Positions 1-9,107 of a stretch of DNA of 64,000 nt are shown here, one piece after another. Under the pieces are notes generated by a model. It ran no database searches and was not told the DNA's origin. It worked only from the letters and a program-made list of their open reading frames with translations. The DNA comes from Candidatus Bathyarchaeota archaeon (GTDB lineage Archaea; Thermoproteota; Bathyarchaeia; Bathyarchaeales; DTEX01). The first letter of the stretch is position 1; each line of letters opens with the position of its first letter. The position numbers and the translations under genes were made by a program. The DNA lies in the NCBI GenBank assembly GCA_963714275.1, contig CAVQNT010000002.1:864001-928000 (forward strand), given 5' to 3'.

Positions 1-366
1 GACCAAAAATACGAGCTCGGAGTGGTTTCCGACGGAAAATCAGTCAAACAATGGCAGAAACTCATACAACTAGGCATTCATCACCTGTTCCACTCTGTCG
101 TCATTTCTGAGGACGTAAAAGACGAGAAACTCAATACCAAACCATTCAAGAAATGTTTAGAGGAACTTGGCATCAAACCAAAAGAAGCTGTCTACATTAG
201 CGCTAGACCGAACAAAGAAATTCTCTACGCTAACGAAGCGGGCATCGTCACGGTCAGAATGAGACAGGGAGATGCTGCTTTTGAGGAACCGATGTCGCCC
301 AAAGCGAAAGCCGTGTATGAAATTAACCAGCTTTCAGAAATCATCGAAACTTTGGACGCCCTTTAA
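1..366 (+). CDS. HAD-superfamily hydrolase-like protein, 5'-truncated by the window edge
   Basis: GVVSDG...QWQKLIQLGIHHLFHSVVISEDV..EKLN...F...LEELGIKPKEAVYI resembles archaeal HAD subfamily IA; motif IV is degenerate (SARPNKE instead of GDxxxD). Confidence 0.7.
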   Translation, partial: DQKYELGVVSDGKSVKQWQKLIQLGIHHLFHSVVISEDVKDEKLNTKPFKKCLEELGIKPKEAVYISARPNKEILYANEAGIVTVRMRQGDAAFEEPMSPKAKAVYEINQLSEIIETLDAL

Positions 367-431
367 GAAGAACCATCAGAATAACTGAACGAATCGTATA
401 AAACTTGGTTTCCTTAATTCAAAGAAATTGA

Positions 432-1424
432 TTAGCTTTTAAAGTGTTCCCAACCTTTGGGTATTATTGTCAATGTTTCTTCATCAATCTTGAGCTCGAG
501 CTTTTTCTCTTTGGTTACGGTGCCTATTCTGATTAATCGGCTTTCGAGCTTCTCCAAAGCATTTTCTGCTTTGTCCCAGAACATTGGTTTCACCGTTACA
601 ACAAGCTCGTATTCTTCTCCCCCGTAGAGTCCAAGCTCCAAAGCATTAAAACCAAAGATTCTGGCAAACTCAACAGTCTCGGAAGCCAATGGAACGCTGT
701 CGATTCTGAAGCCAACATTGCTGGCAACGGAGAGTCTCATGGAGGCTCCAAGCTAATCCGTCGCTCGAATCAATCGAAGCCGTTAATGCGCCTGTTTCTG
801 CTAATGCGATTCCTTCTTTGAGTCGAGTCTTTAGGCATGTAAACAGCTTCAGTCAAAGGTTTTTCGATTTTACTTGGCACAATTCTTTGTTCGAGAAGGA
901 TTTTTAGTCCAGCTGCTGTTTTTCCAAACTCTCCCGTTACAGCGACCATGTCGCCTGGTTTGGCGATGCTTCTTTTCACCAAGGTTCGATTGTTGCAGAA
1001 CCCGAGAAGCGAGCAGCTGAATGACGAGGTCAGAAGATTCGCCTGTGTCCCCGCCAATAACGTATGTTCCGTATTCGCGTGCGCCTTCGTTTAAGCCTAA
1101 GCCTATCTGTCTGATGTCTTCCTCGCTACAGCTCCTAGGTAAACCTAAGGCGACCAGAACCGCGACTGGCGAGACTCCTTTGGCTGCGAAGTCGCTTACG
1201 TTCATGACAACCGCTTTTCTGGCTGCCTGCCTCAAGCTCATGCCTTGCGGGACGTCCGTTTTGCCGATAAGCATGTCCGTTTTTATGACTGCGAGAGTGT
1301 TTCGGTTAAATTGAACTGCGGATATGTCGTCTCCGAAGGGAACAGGCATCTTAGGCATCGTTTCTAGGCAGCCTTTGATTATTTCGATTATTTTTCTTTC
1401 GCCGAGCTCGCCTGCTTTTCTCAC
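432..1424 (-). CDS. thiL: Thiamine-monophosphate kinase, split by 3 apparent frameshifts (all at AGCT-like sites)
   Basis: GERKII, FGDD, KTDML, NVSDFAAKG, GGDT, DSSDGLAWSLHE and GGEEYELV motifs spread over three frames; GTG at 1424 with GGAGGT RBS. Confidence 0.9.
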
Positions 1425-1569
1425 AACAGAACCTCCAAGATATGATTTATTATCAAAGTACTTTAAAGAGCCTTCACACCACAAAAAGGTGAAGCCATAA
1501 ACGAACCGTTAAATACGGATGAGACAAAAAGTTCATGAAGACCTCTGAGTGTTTCTATTATGTTTATCT

Positions 1570-1645
1570 GCCTCGGTGGCTCAGCGGCTAGAGCAACAGC
1601 CTCGTAAGCTGTGGATCGCGGGTTCAATTCCCGCCCGGGGCTCCA
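1570..1645 (+). tRNA. tRNA-Thr(CGT), CCA encoded
   Basis: Acceptor GCCTCGG/CCGGGGC, anticodon stem ACAGC/GCTGT with loop CT-CGT-AA, T arm GCGGG-TTCAATT-CCCGC, ends TCCA. Confidence 0.95.
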
Positions 1646-1712
1646 TATAGTCCATGTCCGATTCTCTTCCACCAAACAGCCCTTTTAGTGCTCGGCGACT
1701 AATGCTAGTTGA

Positions 1713-1823
1713 ATAGTTGACATACACAATTACACTGAAAGGCTTGAAAGAGCAAAGAAGAGGCTCTTCAAACTTGAGGGCAGCGAATTATTATTTAACT
1801 TCATAGATCATCTAGTCAGCTAG
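1713..1823 (+). pseudogene. N-terminal remnant of an archaeal tyrosine integrase
   Basis: Reads VDIHNYTERLERAKKRLFKLEGSELLFNFIDHL, like the DIHNY..RLE N-terminus of tRNA-targeting archaeal integrases; about 70 nt downstream of tRNA-Thr; no valid start, truncated. Confidence 0.6.
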
Positions 1824-1927
1824 TTCATGTAAAATAAGCAATTTTTTGACGTCTTTTTTGGCAAAGGATTGCATTAAATCTGCTCTACTTTTGCTGTGGT
1901 TTCCGATTTCTAGCTGAGCTATAGTTT

Positions 1928-2081
1928 AAAGGTAGATACAACATCCTAATAGCCGAAGCTTTCATAGGCTGATTCCGTATACATGGAAAAATTCATCATA
2001 ATCAGCGACGATGCAGACTACAAACGAATATCCGAAGCCAAAGTCTTAACAGAAAAAGAGTTTATCTCGCACTTAACGTGA
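1928..2081 (+). pseudogene. C-terminal remnant of a VapC/PIN toxin
   Basis: KGRYNILIAEAFI/ADSVYMEKFIIISDDADYKRISEAKVL (one indel at AGGCT 1966) matches the PIN C-terminal pattern DAxIAA...iisDDxDF. Confidence 0.6.
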
Positions 2082-2203
2082 CTTATCCTTTCTTTTAAAA
2101 AATCTTACATAAAATAGTGGGTCATGGTTTTTCCTTGAATTGCTGAAGAATCAAGCCTTATAAAACAATAGTAAGTATTCAATTGGTTAGAGAGAGATAC
2201 GAA

Positions 2204-3139
2204 ATGTTTATTAAGATTCTTGTCTGCGACCCCATCGACATTAAGGGCATTGAGAAGCTTAGGCGGGAGGGCTTCGAGGTTGACGTTAAGTCCTCAATCA
2301 AACAGGCGGAACTCGAAAAAGTCGTTGCAGGTTACAATGCGCTTGTGGTCAGAAGCCGAACCAAGGTAACCAAACAATTATTGGAGAAAGGAGGACGACT
2401 GAAGGTCGTTGGACGGGTCGGATCTGGCGTTGACAACATCGACTCGAAGGCTGCTGAGAAACGTGGAATAGCGGTTTTGAACACGCCTGAGGCTCCGTCT
2501 GACTCCGTGGCTGAACTGACCATTGGACTGATATTAGCGATTGCGAGGAGAATCTCGTTCGCTGACCGTTCCATGAAAGACGGGAAATGGGCAAAAAAAG
2601 AGCTGGAAGGCTCATTACTTAACAACAAGACCTTAGGATTGATCGGGCTGGGAAACATCGGAGCCAAGGTTGCGAAGATCGCGAAAGCCTTGGGCATGAA
2701 GATTGTAGTTTTCAAGAGGACTCCGCCAAGTCGGGAGCTGTTTGAGCTGCTGGAGGCTGAGTTTGTTCCGTTGGATGAGCTGCTTAGGAGAAGCGACGTG
2801 GTTTCTGTTCATGTTCCCCTTACTGCTCAGACGGCAGGCATGATCGGAGAGAAGGAGCTAAGTCTCGTGAAGAAGGGAGTGATTCTGATTAACACTTCCC
2901 GAGGTGGCATCGTGGATGAGGATGCGCTTTTGAAAGCGTTAAAATCTGGAAGACTCGGTGGAGCAGGCTTGGACGTTTTTTGTGTTGAGCCGTCAAAGAA
3001 TATTGAGCTCATTCAGTTATCGAATGTTGTTTGCACGCCTCACATTGGGGCTCAGACAAAGGAAGCGCAGAAGGCAGCTTCGGTTCTATTGGCTGAAAAG
3101 ATCATACAGTTCTTCAGACAACAATTAAGGAATGTATAG
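2204..3139 (+). CDS. serA: D-3-phosphoglycerate dehydrogenase-like D-2-hydroxyacid dehydrogenase (short form, no ACT domain)
   Basis: VVRSRTKVT, GSGVDNID, GLGNIG Rossmann motif, NTSRG, LDVF..EP, TPHIGAQT. Confidence 0.8.
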   Translation: MFIKILVCDPIDIKGIEKLRREGFEVDVKSSIKQAELEKVVAGYNALVVRSRTKVTKQLLEKGGRLKVVGRVGSGVDNIDSKAAEKRGIAVLNTPEAPSDSVAELTIGLILAIARRISFADRSMKDGKWAKKELEGSLLNNKTLGLIGLGNIGAKVAKIAKALGMKIVVFKRTPPSRELFELLEAEFVPLDELLRRSDVVSVHVPLTAQTAGMIGEKELSLVKKGVILINTSRGGIVDEDALLKALKSGRLGGAGLDVFCVEPSKNIELIQLSNVVCTPHIGAQTKEAQKAASVLLAEKIIQFFRQQLRNV

Positions 3140-3217
3140 TCTGCCTTCGCAGGAGTTCGTTACGTTTAAATTGGTTCTGGTAGAAACAGTTAAGCCATAA
3201 ACAGGAGTGAACCGTTC

Positions 3218-4485
3218 TTGGTTGAGGTTTGGCTGCCCTACGGAAAAACGGAGGTCTGCGTGAGGATTCCGACCAAAAGTTTGCTGAAAACAGTTGAGCC
3301 AAACAATGTGGGTGCAGCCAAAAATCCTCAGTCCGAACTCGAATCGTCTTTGGCGAACCCTTTGGGGACAAAGCGTTTATCGGAAACAGCGAAGCCCGAA
3401 AGCAAGGTCAGCTATGGTTCTAAGGGACTCGGACACCTCGACCAACCAGATGATAGTTTCCGTCTTGTTGAACGAGCTGAACTCTGCGGAAGTAAGAGAC
3501 GAGGATGTGGCGGTCATCGTTGCTTGTGACCCACTTCGCGACTACCAAACTTGGCAGCAGATGCCGACGTTAGGCGAAAGCCTTTCTTCAAGAGTCAAGG
3601 TTGTTCGTCATGACCCTAAGGGCATGGAGCATGTTAATGTGGGGCGAACTTCTCGGGGAACGGATGTTTTTCTGAACAAAGCGTTCGTTGAGGCTGACTT
3701 AAAAATCGTGGCAGGAGCTGTGGAGCCACATCCTTTCGCTGGCTACAGTGGTGGAGCAGAACTGGTTTTACCAGGCGTATCGGGCATTGAGTCGATTCGT
3801 AAAAATTTTCTTTTAGCGTTGGATAAGAAGGTGGAACGTGGAAACATCGAAGGTAACCCAGTTTATGAGGACATGGTTGAGGCTGCTGGGCTTGCTGAGG
3901 TGGATTTTTGTTTAAACGTGGTTAGGAATGGCGGTTTAGAGGTGGTTAAAGCCTTCGCTGGCGACATTGAGGGTTCTTTTGGGGAAGCAGTTAAGCTCGT
4001 GAATGGGGTGTGCAGCGTTCCTGTTGACAGTCGGGCTGACGTTGTTTTTATTAGTCCAGGCGGTTTCCCATTTGACGGAAGTCTTTTCGAGTCTTTGAAG
4101 TGCTTGGATGTTGCTGAGGAACTGGTAAAAAGGGGTAAGTCTGTGGTTTTGGTCGCGGAGTGTGCTCATGGGCTTGGAGACAGAGAGTTTGTTGAGGCGG
4201 TATCAAGGCGCGATAATCTTAAGGCTTTGGAGAAGGAGGCTGAAGAGAAACTTCAGCGTCGGCAGGCTTGTGGCTTACCGTCTTTTAACCGCTGCCCAGA
4301 ACGCCAGGTTATTCTTTGTTTCGGTTGTGCCCGACTACCTTGTCACTCAGGTTCACGGCGTGAAAGGCGCGAGGACGGCTAATGAGGCTTACCGTTACGC
4401 TTCTGACGCTGCTGGGAAGAACGGGAAGGCTTCGTTTGTTCCGTACGGAAACTTGACTGTGCCCCAAATTAAGACCGTGGAATGA
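3218..4485 (+). CDS. LarA (lactate racemase) family protein, 2 apparent frameshifts
   Basis: VWLPYGK start, PLGTKRL, GRTSRGT, VEPHPFAGYSGG..VLPG, SPGGFPFD, LVAECAHGLG. Confidence 0.8.
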
Positions 4486-4552
4486 TTACTTTTTTGGGAA
4501 AAAGATAAATCTGTCAGCGTGCCTTTTTTAGAGAAAAAAATAAACCTTTAAG

Positions 4553-5050
4553 ATGGGTCTTGGCGTGTTGTCTCAGTATGTCCTAAGAAAGTTTGAACCG
4601 AAGGACTTGCATCAGGTAATCCGCATAAACCAGGTTTGCCTGCCTGAGAATTACTCTAACGGGTTCTTTATTGAGCTTTTCGAGAAGTTTCCTGACACTT
4701 TCATCGTGGCTGAGAAAGACGGAATAATCATTGGCTATGTGCTGTGCAGGATCGAAAGCGGATTTTCGGGTATGAGTTTGAAGACTCTCGGCATCGCAAA
4801 AAAGGGGCACATCATCTCGATCGCTGTGTTGCCTGAGAACCGTAACATCGGCGTGGGATATGCTTTGGCTGATGAGGCTTTGCGTGCCATGTCGGCGTCT
4901 TATGAGGCGAAAAGCTGCTACCTCGAAGTCAGGGTAAGCAATGACGTTGCGCTGAGCCTTTACAAGCGAACAGGGTTCGAGGTTGAAAGAACCATAAGAG
5001 AATACTACTCAAACGGCGAAGACGCCTACATAATGAGCAAAAAAATTTGA
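4553..5050 (+). CDS. N-terminal acetyltransferase (Ard1/RimI family)
   Basis: LPENY, GHIISIAVLPE.R..GVG, YLEVRVSN, YYSNGEDAY. Confidence 0.9.
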   Translation: MGLGVLSQYVLRKFEPKDLHQVIRINQVCLPENYSNGFFIELFEKFPDTFIVAEKDGIIIGYVLCRIESGFSGMSLKTLGIAKKGHIISIAVLPENRNIGVGYALADEALRAMSASYEAKSCYLEVRVSNDVALSLYKRTGFEVERTIREYYSNGEDAYIMSKKI

Positions 5051-5129
5051 GCAAAGAACGGCGCCAGACTCCGCTTGGCAAATTTTTTTTGTTTACTGAA
5101 TCTGTGGGATTGTTGATTCAGGTGTCCAA

Positions 5130-5180
5130 GTCTGGTCTGATTTGTGTGACATCTGTTTTTATTTTTTTTGTGTGACAAAC
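5130..5180. repeat. Dispersed intergenic repeat, copy 1
   Basis: GTCTGGTCTGATTTGTGTGACATCTGTTTT matches 18011-18040 at 28/30 positions. Confidence 0.75.
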
Positions 5181-5257
5181 CGCAGTCTGTAAAAACTTGT
5201 TAATAATGGAAAACAAGGACTCTGCAATCTTAGAACTGTAAGGTTATTATTTGGTAT

Positions 5258-6079
5258 TTAATTTGCTGCGGCTTCGGTTTCTTCTTCAGTGTAGGTTCGC
5301 AGCCTGTTCATAAGTTCGCGGAAGTCAACTTGGTGCGCGTCGAATTCGGGACCGTCCACGCACGCGAATTTTGTTTCCCCGCCAACCGTGATTCTGCATC
5401 CGCCGCACATCCCGGTTCCGTCAACCATAATCGGGTTCAAGCTAACAACCGTTTTTACTTTGAACGGACGGGTAACCTCGGCGACCGCACGCATCATAGG
5501 CACTGGTCCAGCAGCCATGACGAGGTCGATTTTTTTGCCCTTTTCTAGGAGACTTTTCAGAACGTCGGCAGTGAAGCCTTTTAACCCCTTTGTTCCGTCG
5601 TCGGTTGAGACGTGAAGCTCGTCGCTTAGGCTCCGTGACTCCTCCTCCAACAGCAGAAGGTTGACGTTTCTGGCTCCAAGAATCGTAATTACGCGATTTC
5701 CAGCCTCCTTCAACGCTTTGACCCACGGGTAAATCAGCGCCATTCCCACCCCGCCACCTACCACGGCAACCTCGCCGTACTTTTCTGCATTAGTGGGGTT
5801 GCCTAGGGGACCAACAATGTCCATGATGGTGTCGCCGATGTTGAGGTTTCCCAGCTTCTTGGTGGATGCTCCTACCTCCTGAAGAATGAGGACGATTGTG
5901 CCTTCCTTCGGGTTCCAGTCCACAAGTGTAAGGGGGAACCTTTCGCCTCGTTCGTCAATCCTGAGAATCACGAACTGCCCTGCGTGAGCCTTCTTCGCAA
6001 TGAGAGGCGCGGAAACCACTAGGCGTTTGATGCCTGGCGCCAACGAGTCTTTTTTCAGAATCTGGAATTTCTGTGCCAT
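5258..6079 (-). CDS. NfnA/SudB-type FAD/NAD-binding [2Fe-2S] subunit of ferredoxin:NADP oxidoreductase
   Basis: GQFVILR...GERFPLTL, GPLGNP, GGGVG, SLNPIMVDGTGMCGGCR...CVDGPEFD. Confidence 0.9.
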   Translation of the reverse strand: MAQKFQILKKDSLAPGIKRLVVSAPLIAKKAHAGQFVILRIDERGERFPLTLVDWNPKEGTIVLILQEVGASTKKLGNLNIGDTIMDIVGPLGNPTNAEKYGEVAVVGGGVGMALIYPWVKALKEAGNRVITILGARNVNLLLLEEESRSLSDELHVSTDDGTKGLKGFTADVLKSLLEKGKKIDLVMAAGPVPMMRAVAEVTRPFKVKTVVSLNPIMVDGTGMCGGCRITVGGETKFACVDGPEFDAHQVDFRELMNRLRTYTEEETEAAAN

Positions 6080-6270
6080 AAAAGGTCCTCCACATTGCAT
6101 TATGCGGGTCGAGTGTAATAGCGGAAATAATCATATAAACGTTATGAGACAAACTAGTCAGCTCACGTCCATACGTTCGACGCCCACAATTTCAAAAATA
6201 GTTATATCAAGGGCAAAAAATTTTATGTTATCAGACCTTCATAGCATAAAATTGGTTAGGGCGACTGTTT

Positions 6271-6681
6271 ATGGCGGAAGACGAGGAACTTGCGGAACTG
6301 AGACGCAAAAAGCTTGAAGACTTGATGCGCCAAAAACAGGAGGAACCCGTTTCTCCAACAACGAGCGCAACAGTTGAGGTTACTGACCAGAATTTCGCCA
6401 AAACAGTAAGCAAAGAAGGCTTAGTAGTGATCGACTGCTGGGCAATCTGGTGTTCACCGTGCCGCATGTTAAGCCCAATCATTGAGGAGCTCGCGAAGGA
6501 CTACGTTGGAAAAATAGTTTTTGGTAAGCTGAACGTGGACGAAAACCGCGACGTTGCCCTTGAGTACCAGATAATGAGCATACCCACAATTCTGGTTTTT
6601 AAGAACGGAACCCTCGTGGACCGAATCGTAGGCGTCATGCCCAGAAGGCTTCTGGAACCAAAGATAACCCAGCACCTTTAG
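6271..6681 (+). CDS. trxA: Thioredoxin
   Basis: WCSPC active site, IMSIPT cis-Pro loop, archaeal N-terminal helix. Confidence 0.92.
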   Translation: MAEDEELAELRRKKLEDLMRQKQEEPVSPTTSATVEVTDQNFAKTVSKEGLVVIDCWAIWCSPCRMLSPIIEELAKDYVGKIVFGKLNVDENRDVALEYQIMSIPTILVFKNGTLVDRIVGVMPRRLLEPKITQHL

Positions 6682-6684
6682 CCT

Positions 6685-7533
6685 TCATGGCTTTCGCGGA
6701 AGGATTTTCGCAGCCTCATTTGCCACTAGACCAATCTCTTCAGGCGCAAGCTCCCTCGGTCTTCTGGTGTGAAAAGGAAAAGTGTCCGCCAGCCTAAGAG
6801 CCTCGGTTTTTGGAACCCCATATTTGCCTATTAACGGTAGAACAGCGTTCCTCAGCTTCTTGTTCTTCTGCGTAAAAATGACCCTTACAACCTCGGAGAA
6901 GAAGCCTTCATCGTCAACCTGGAAAGGAGGCTTTTTAGGCTTTAAGCGGACAATCCTCGAATCCACGTTTGGCGAAGGCCAAAAACGGTCCTTGGGGATT
7001 TGGTCCAGAAGCTCAACTTCAGAACGGTAATACGTTGTAACGGTCAGCCTTCCATAGTCGCTGGATCCAACTGGGGCTGCCAACCGTTCAGCGAACTCTT
7101 CTTGGAAAGAAAGGACTGCTAACTCGTATTTTGTATCTAGAAGCCAAAAAAGAATCGGCGATGAAATAGAGTATGGAGGCGTGGAAACAACTTTCTCAAA
7201 GCCTTGAATACTGAGCTTCAAAACGTCGCTCTCAATCAAGGCAACATTTACTCGGTTTCTCATCCTTTCTCTTAAAACCTGCATCAGCCTCGGGTCTACC
7301 TCGACGGCTATGACTTTTCCAGCCTTTTCTGCGAGATGTTCGGTGAGAGAACCTAATCCAGCTCCTATCTCAAGCACTATGTCCTTTTTGTTTAAGGAAG
7401 CGTGTAAAACCATCTTCTGTAAGGCGTCTCTGTCTACAAGGAAGCTCTGACCTAAACGTTTCCTCGGCACAATCCCGTGAGCCCTCAGAATTCTTCTGGT
7501 TTCATCCTTAAGGTTCATCGTGGTCTCCGTCAC
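6685..7533 (-). CDS. rsmA: 16S rRNA adenine dimethyltransferase (KsgA/Dim1)
   Basis: KRLGQSFL, LEIGAGLG, STPPYSIS, YGRLTV; conserved archaeal gene order. Confidence 0.93.
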   Translation of the reverse strand: MTETTMNLKDETRRILRAHGIVPRKRLGQSFLVDRDALQKMVLHASLNKKDIVLEIGAGLGSLTEHLAEKAGKVIAVEVDPRLMQVLRERMRNRVNVALIESDVLKLSIQGFEKVVSTPPYSISSPILFWLLDTKYELAVLSFQEEFAERLAAPVGSSDYGRLTVTTYYRSEVELLDQIPKDRFWPSPNVDSRIVRLKPKKPPFQVDDEGFFSEVVRVIFTQKNKKLRNAVLPLIGKYGVPKTEALRLADTFPFHTRRPRELAPEEIGLVANEAAKILPRKP

Positions 7534-7621
7534 CCCGCAATCCTTACTAAGCCTAAATTAAATGTTCGTTGTTGAATTATTTGGTTGGAAATGTAGACAG
7601 AAGGGAAAAAAACTTCGACAT

Positions 7622-8221
7622 TTAAGATGAACGGGTGAACAGGCGGTATTTGGTGTCGCTTGAAAGCTCCTCAATGACCCTTTTAACGATCAGTTTAGCT
7701 GGGCTGGGAATGCTAACTCGGTTCTGCAGATCCTCGAAGCTTTCGTAGGGCTTCTTTTCTCTGTTGTTCAGGATGTCCCACATGTATTTTTTCCCGATTC
7801 CTGGTATCAGTTCCAACGCGTGCATCCTCGGCGTTATCGGTTGGGCGTTGTTGAAAAAGTTCACGAACCACTTTTCTCGGTCAAGCGCAATCTTTTCGAT
7901 GGCGGTCTCGAGATCCATCCTCGCGTTCGCTGTCAACTCGTCGTACCCGACTCGTCCAAGAATGTACGTAATGTCGTGGCGGGAATTCTTGCCCACGTAA
8001 ACCTTGTCCAGCGGTCTAAGCGTGACTCCTGCTCTGACGTTCGCTTCGAGAAGCGTGAAATAGTGAGTTCCCACTACTTGAACCACGGCTCCCGCCCGAA
8101 ACTTGCCTTTAGTTCCAGGCTTGCCGAACAGCAAAAAATCCAGAATGTACGCGTTTTCCTCGTAAAGCTGCCGAGATTCTCTTTCTTCCAACTCTTGCCT
8201 TTCCCCCATTCGTTCCTTCAT
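7622..8221 (-). CDS. DUF655 family RNA-binding protein
   Basis: FTLLE, FFNNAQPITPRMHALELIPGIGKK (HhH); lies between rpoF and rsmA. Confidence 0.9.
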   Translation of the reverse strand: MKERMGERQELEERESRQLYEENAYILDFLLFGKPGTKGKFRAGAVVQVVGTHYFTLLEANVRAGVTLRPLDKVYVGKNSRHDITYILGRVGYDELTANARMDLETAIEKIALDREKWFVNFFNNAQPITPRMHALELIPGIGKKYMWDILNNREKKPYESFEDLQNRVSIPSPAKLIVKRVIEELSSDTKYRLFTRSS

Positions 8222-8450
8222 GTCAGGTGAATAGAACTTTGCAAAAAAACAATGTGCAATCCATGTTACGTTTTTTTGACCTTTATGCGTTGAACGGAAA
8301 AGACGGGATGAACGGAAGAAACATGACTTTCAGTAAGGGATGACAAGCAGAAATCGAAGATGAGAACATGTTCTGTCTGCATACTTAAACCTCACCAAGC
8401 AACATAGCATTACGTTTAAAAGGCTAATAACCTTTTTCTTTCCCCTAAGC

Positions 8451-8798
8451 TTAGGCTTCCTTCTTTTTTCTGTACTTGCCCAAAAGATTCAGAATCGATT
8501 CCAGCTTTGATGTTTCCACAATTTTCCGTCCGCCAGCGAGAAAAACCCGCAGTTCGCCAACAGTCTCAGGCATGCAGTTTACTATCTGAACCGCCTCTTC
8601 GTCGTCCATCATCCCAGTTTCCTTGAGTTCAGCCAGAAGCTTCTCAGCGGACGCGGAATCAATCTTCGAAAACTTCGCTGCGTAATCCAAAGACCTCCGC
8701 TGGAACTGGTCCAAGTTTTCTTCGCCTAAGGATTCAAGTAAAGCCTTAACCTGAGGCGTCGTAACGGTTTGAGTTTTTGTTACTTTTTTGTTCGACAA
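8451..8798 (-). CDS. rpoF: RNA polymerase subunit Rpo4 (RpoF)
   Basis: QRRSLDYAAKFSK, AVQIVNCMP.T..ELR; follows rpl21e. Confidence 0.9.
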   Translation of the reverse strand: MSNKKVTKTQTVTTPQVKALLESLGEENLDQFQRRSLDYAAKFSKIDSASAEKLLAELKETGMMDDEEAVQIVNCMPETVGELRVFLAGGRKIVETSKLESILNLLGKYRKKKEA

Positions 8799-8801
8799 AT
8801 T

Positions 8802-9098
8802 TTATTCCTCGCTGTAACTTTTCAGATGTTCAGGTCGAATAATCAATTCCTTGACAGCGTCTCCCAGAGTGACGCTAACCTCGTAGGACCTTCCTCTCTT
8901 GGACCGTACGACTCCTATCCTTCCTTGGTACCTGTGGTGCGGCATGCCCTTGTGGACGCTTGAGTCTATGCTGATGACTACTTTGTCGCCTGGCTCATAC
9001 TTCTTAAGCAGCTTGCTAAGTCCAAGTTTACCACTTTCTCTAGGCTTTTTGGTCAACAGGGCACGAGTCTTTTTTCGGAATCCTTGAGATTTCGGCAT
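8802..9098 (-). CDS. rpl21e: 50S ribosomal protein L21e
   Basis: SQGFRKKTR, VHKGMPHHRYQGRIG, RPEHL. Confidence 0.96.
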   Translation of the reverse strand: MPKSQGFRKKTRALLTKKPRESGKLGLSKLLKKYEPGDKVVISIDSSVHKGMPHHRYQGRIGVVRSKRGRSYEVSVTLGDAVKELIIRPEHLKSYSEE

Positions 9099-9107
9099 TT
9101 ACGTTCA

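Noticed and set aside
1463-1675. 70-aa ORF containing WSPGRELNPRSTAYEAVAL
   Set aside because: It is the antisense translation of tRNA-Thr.
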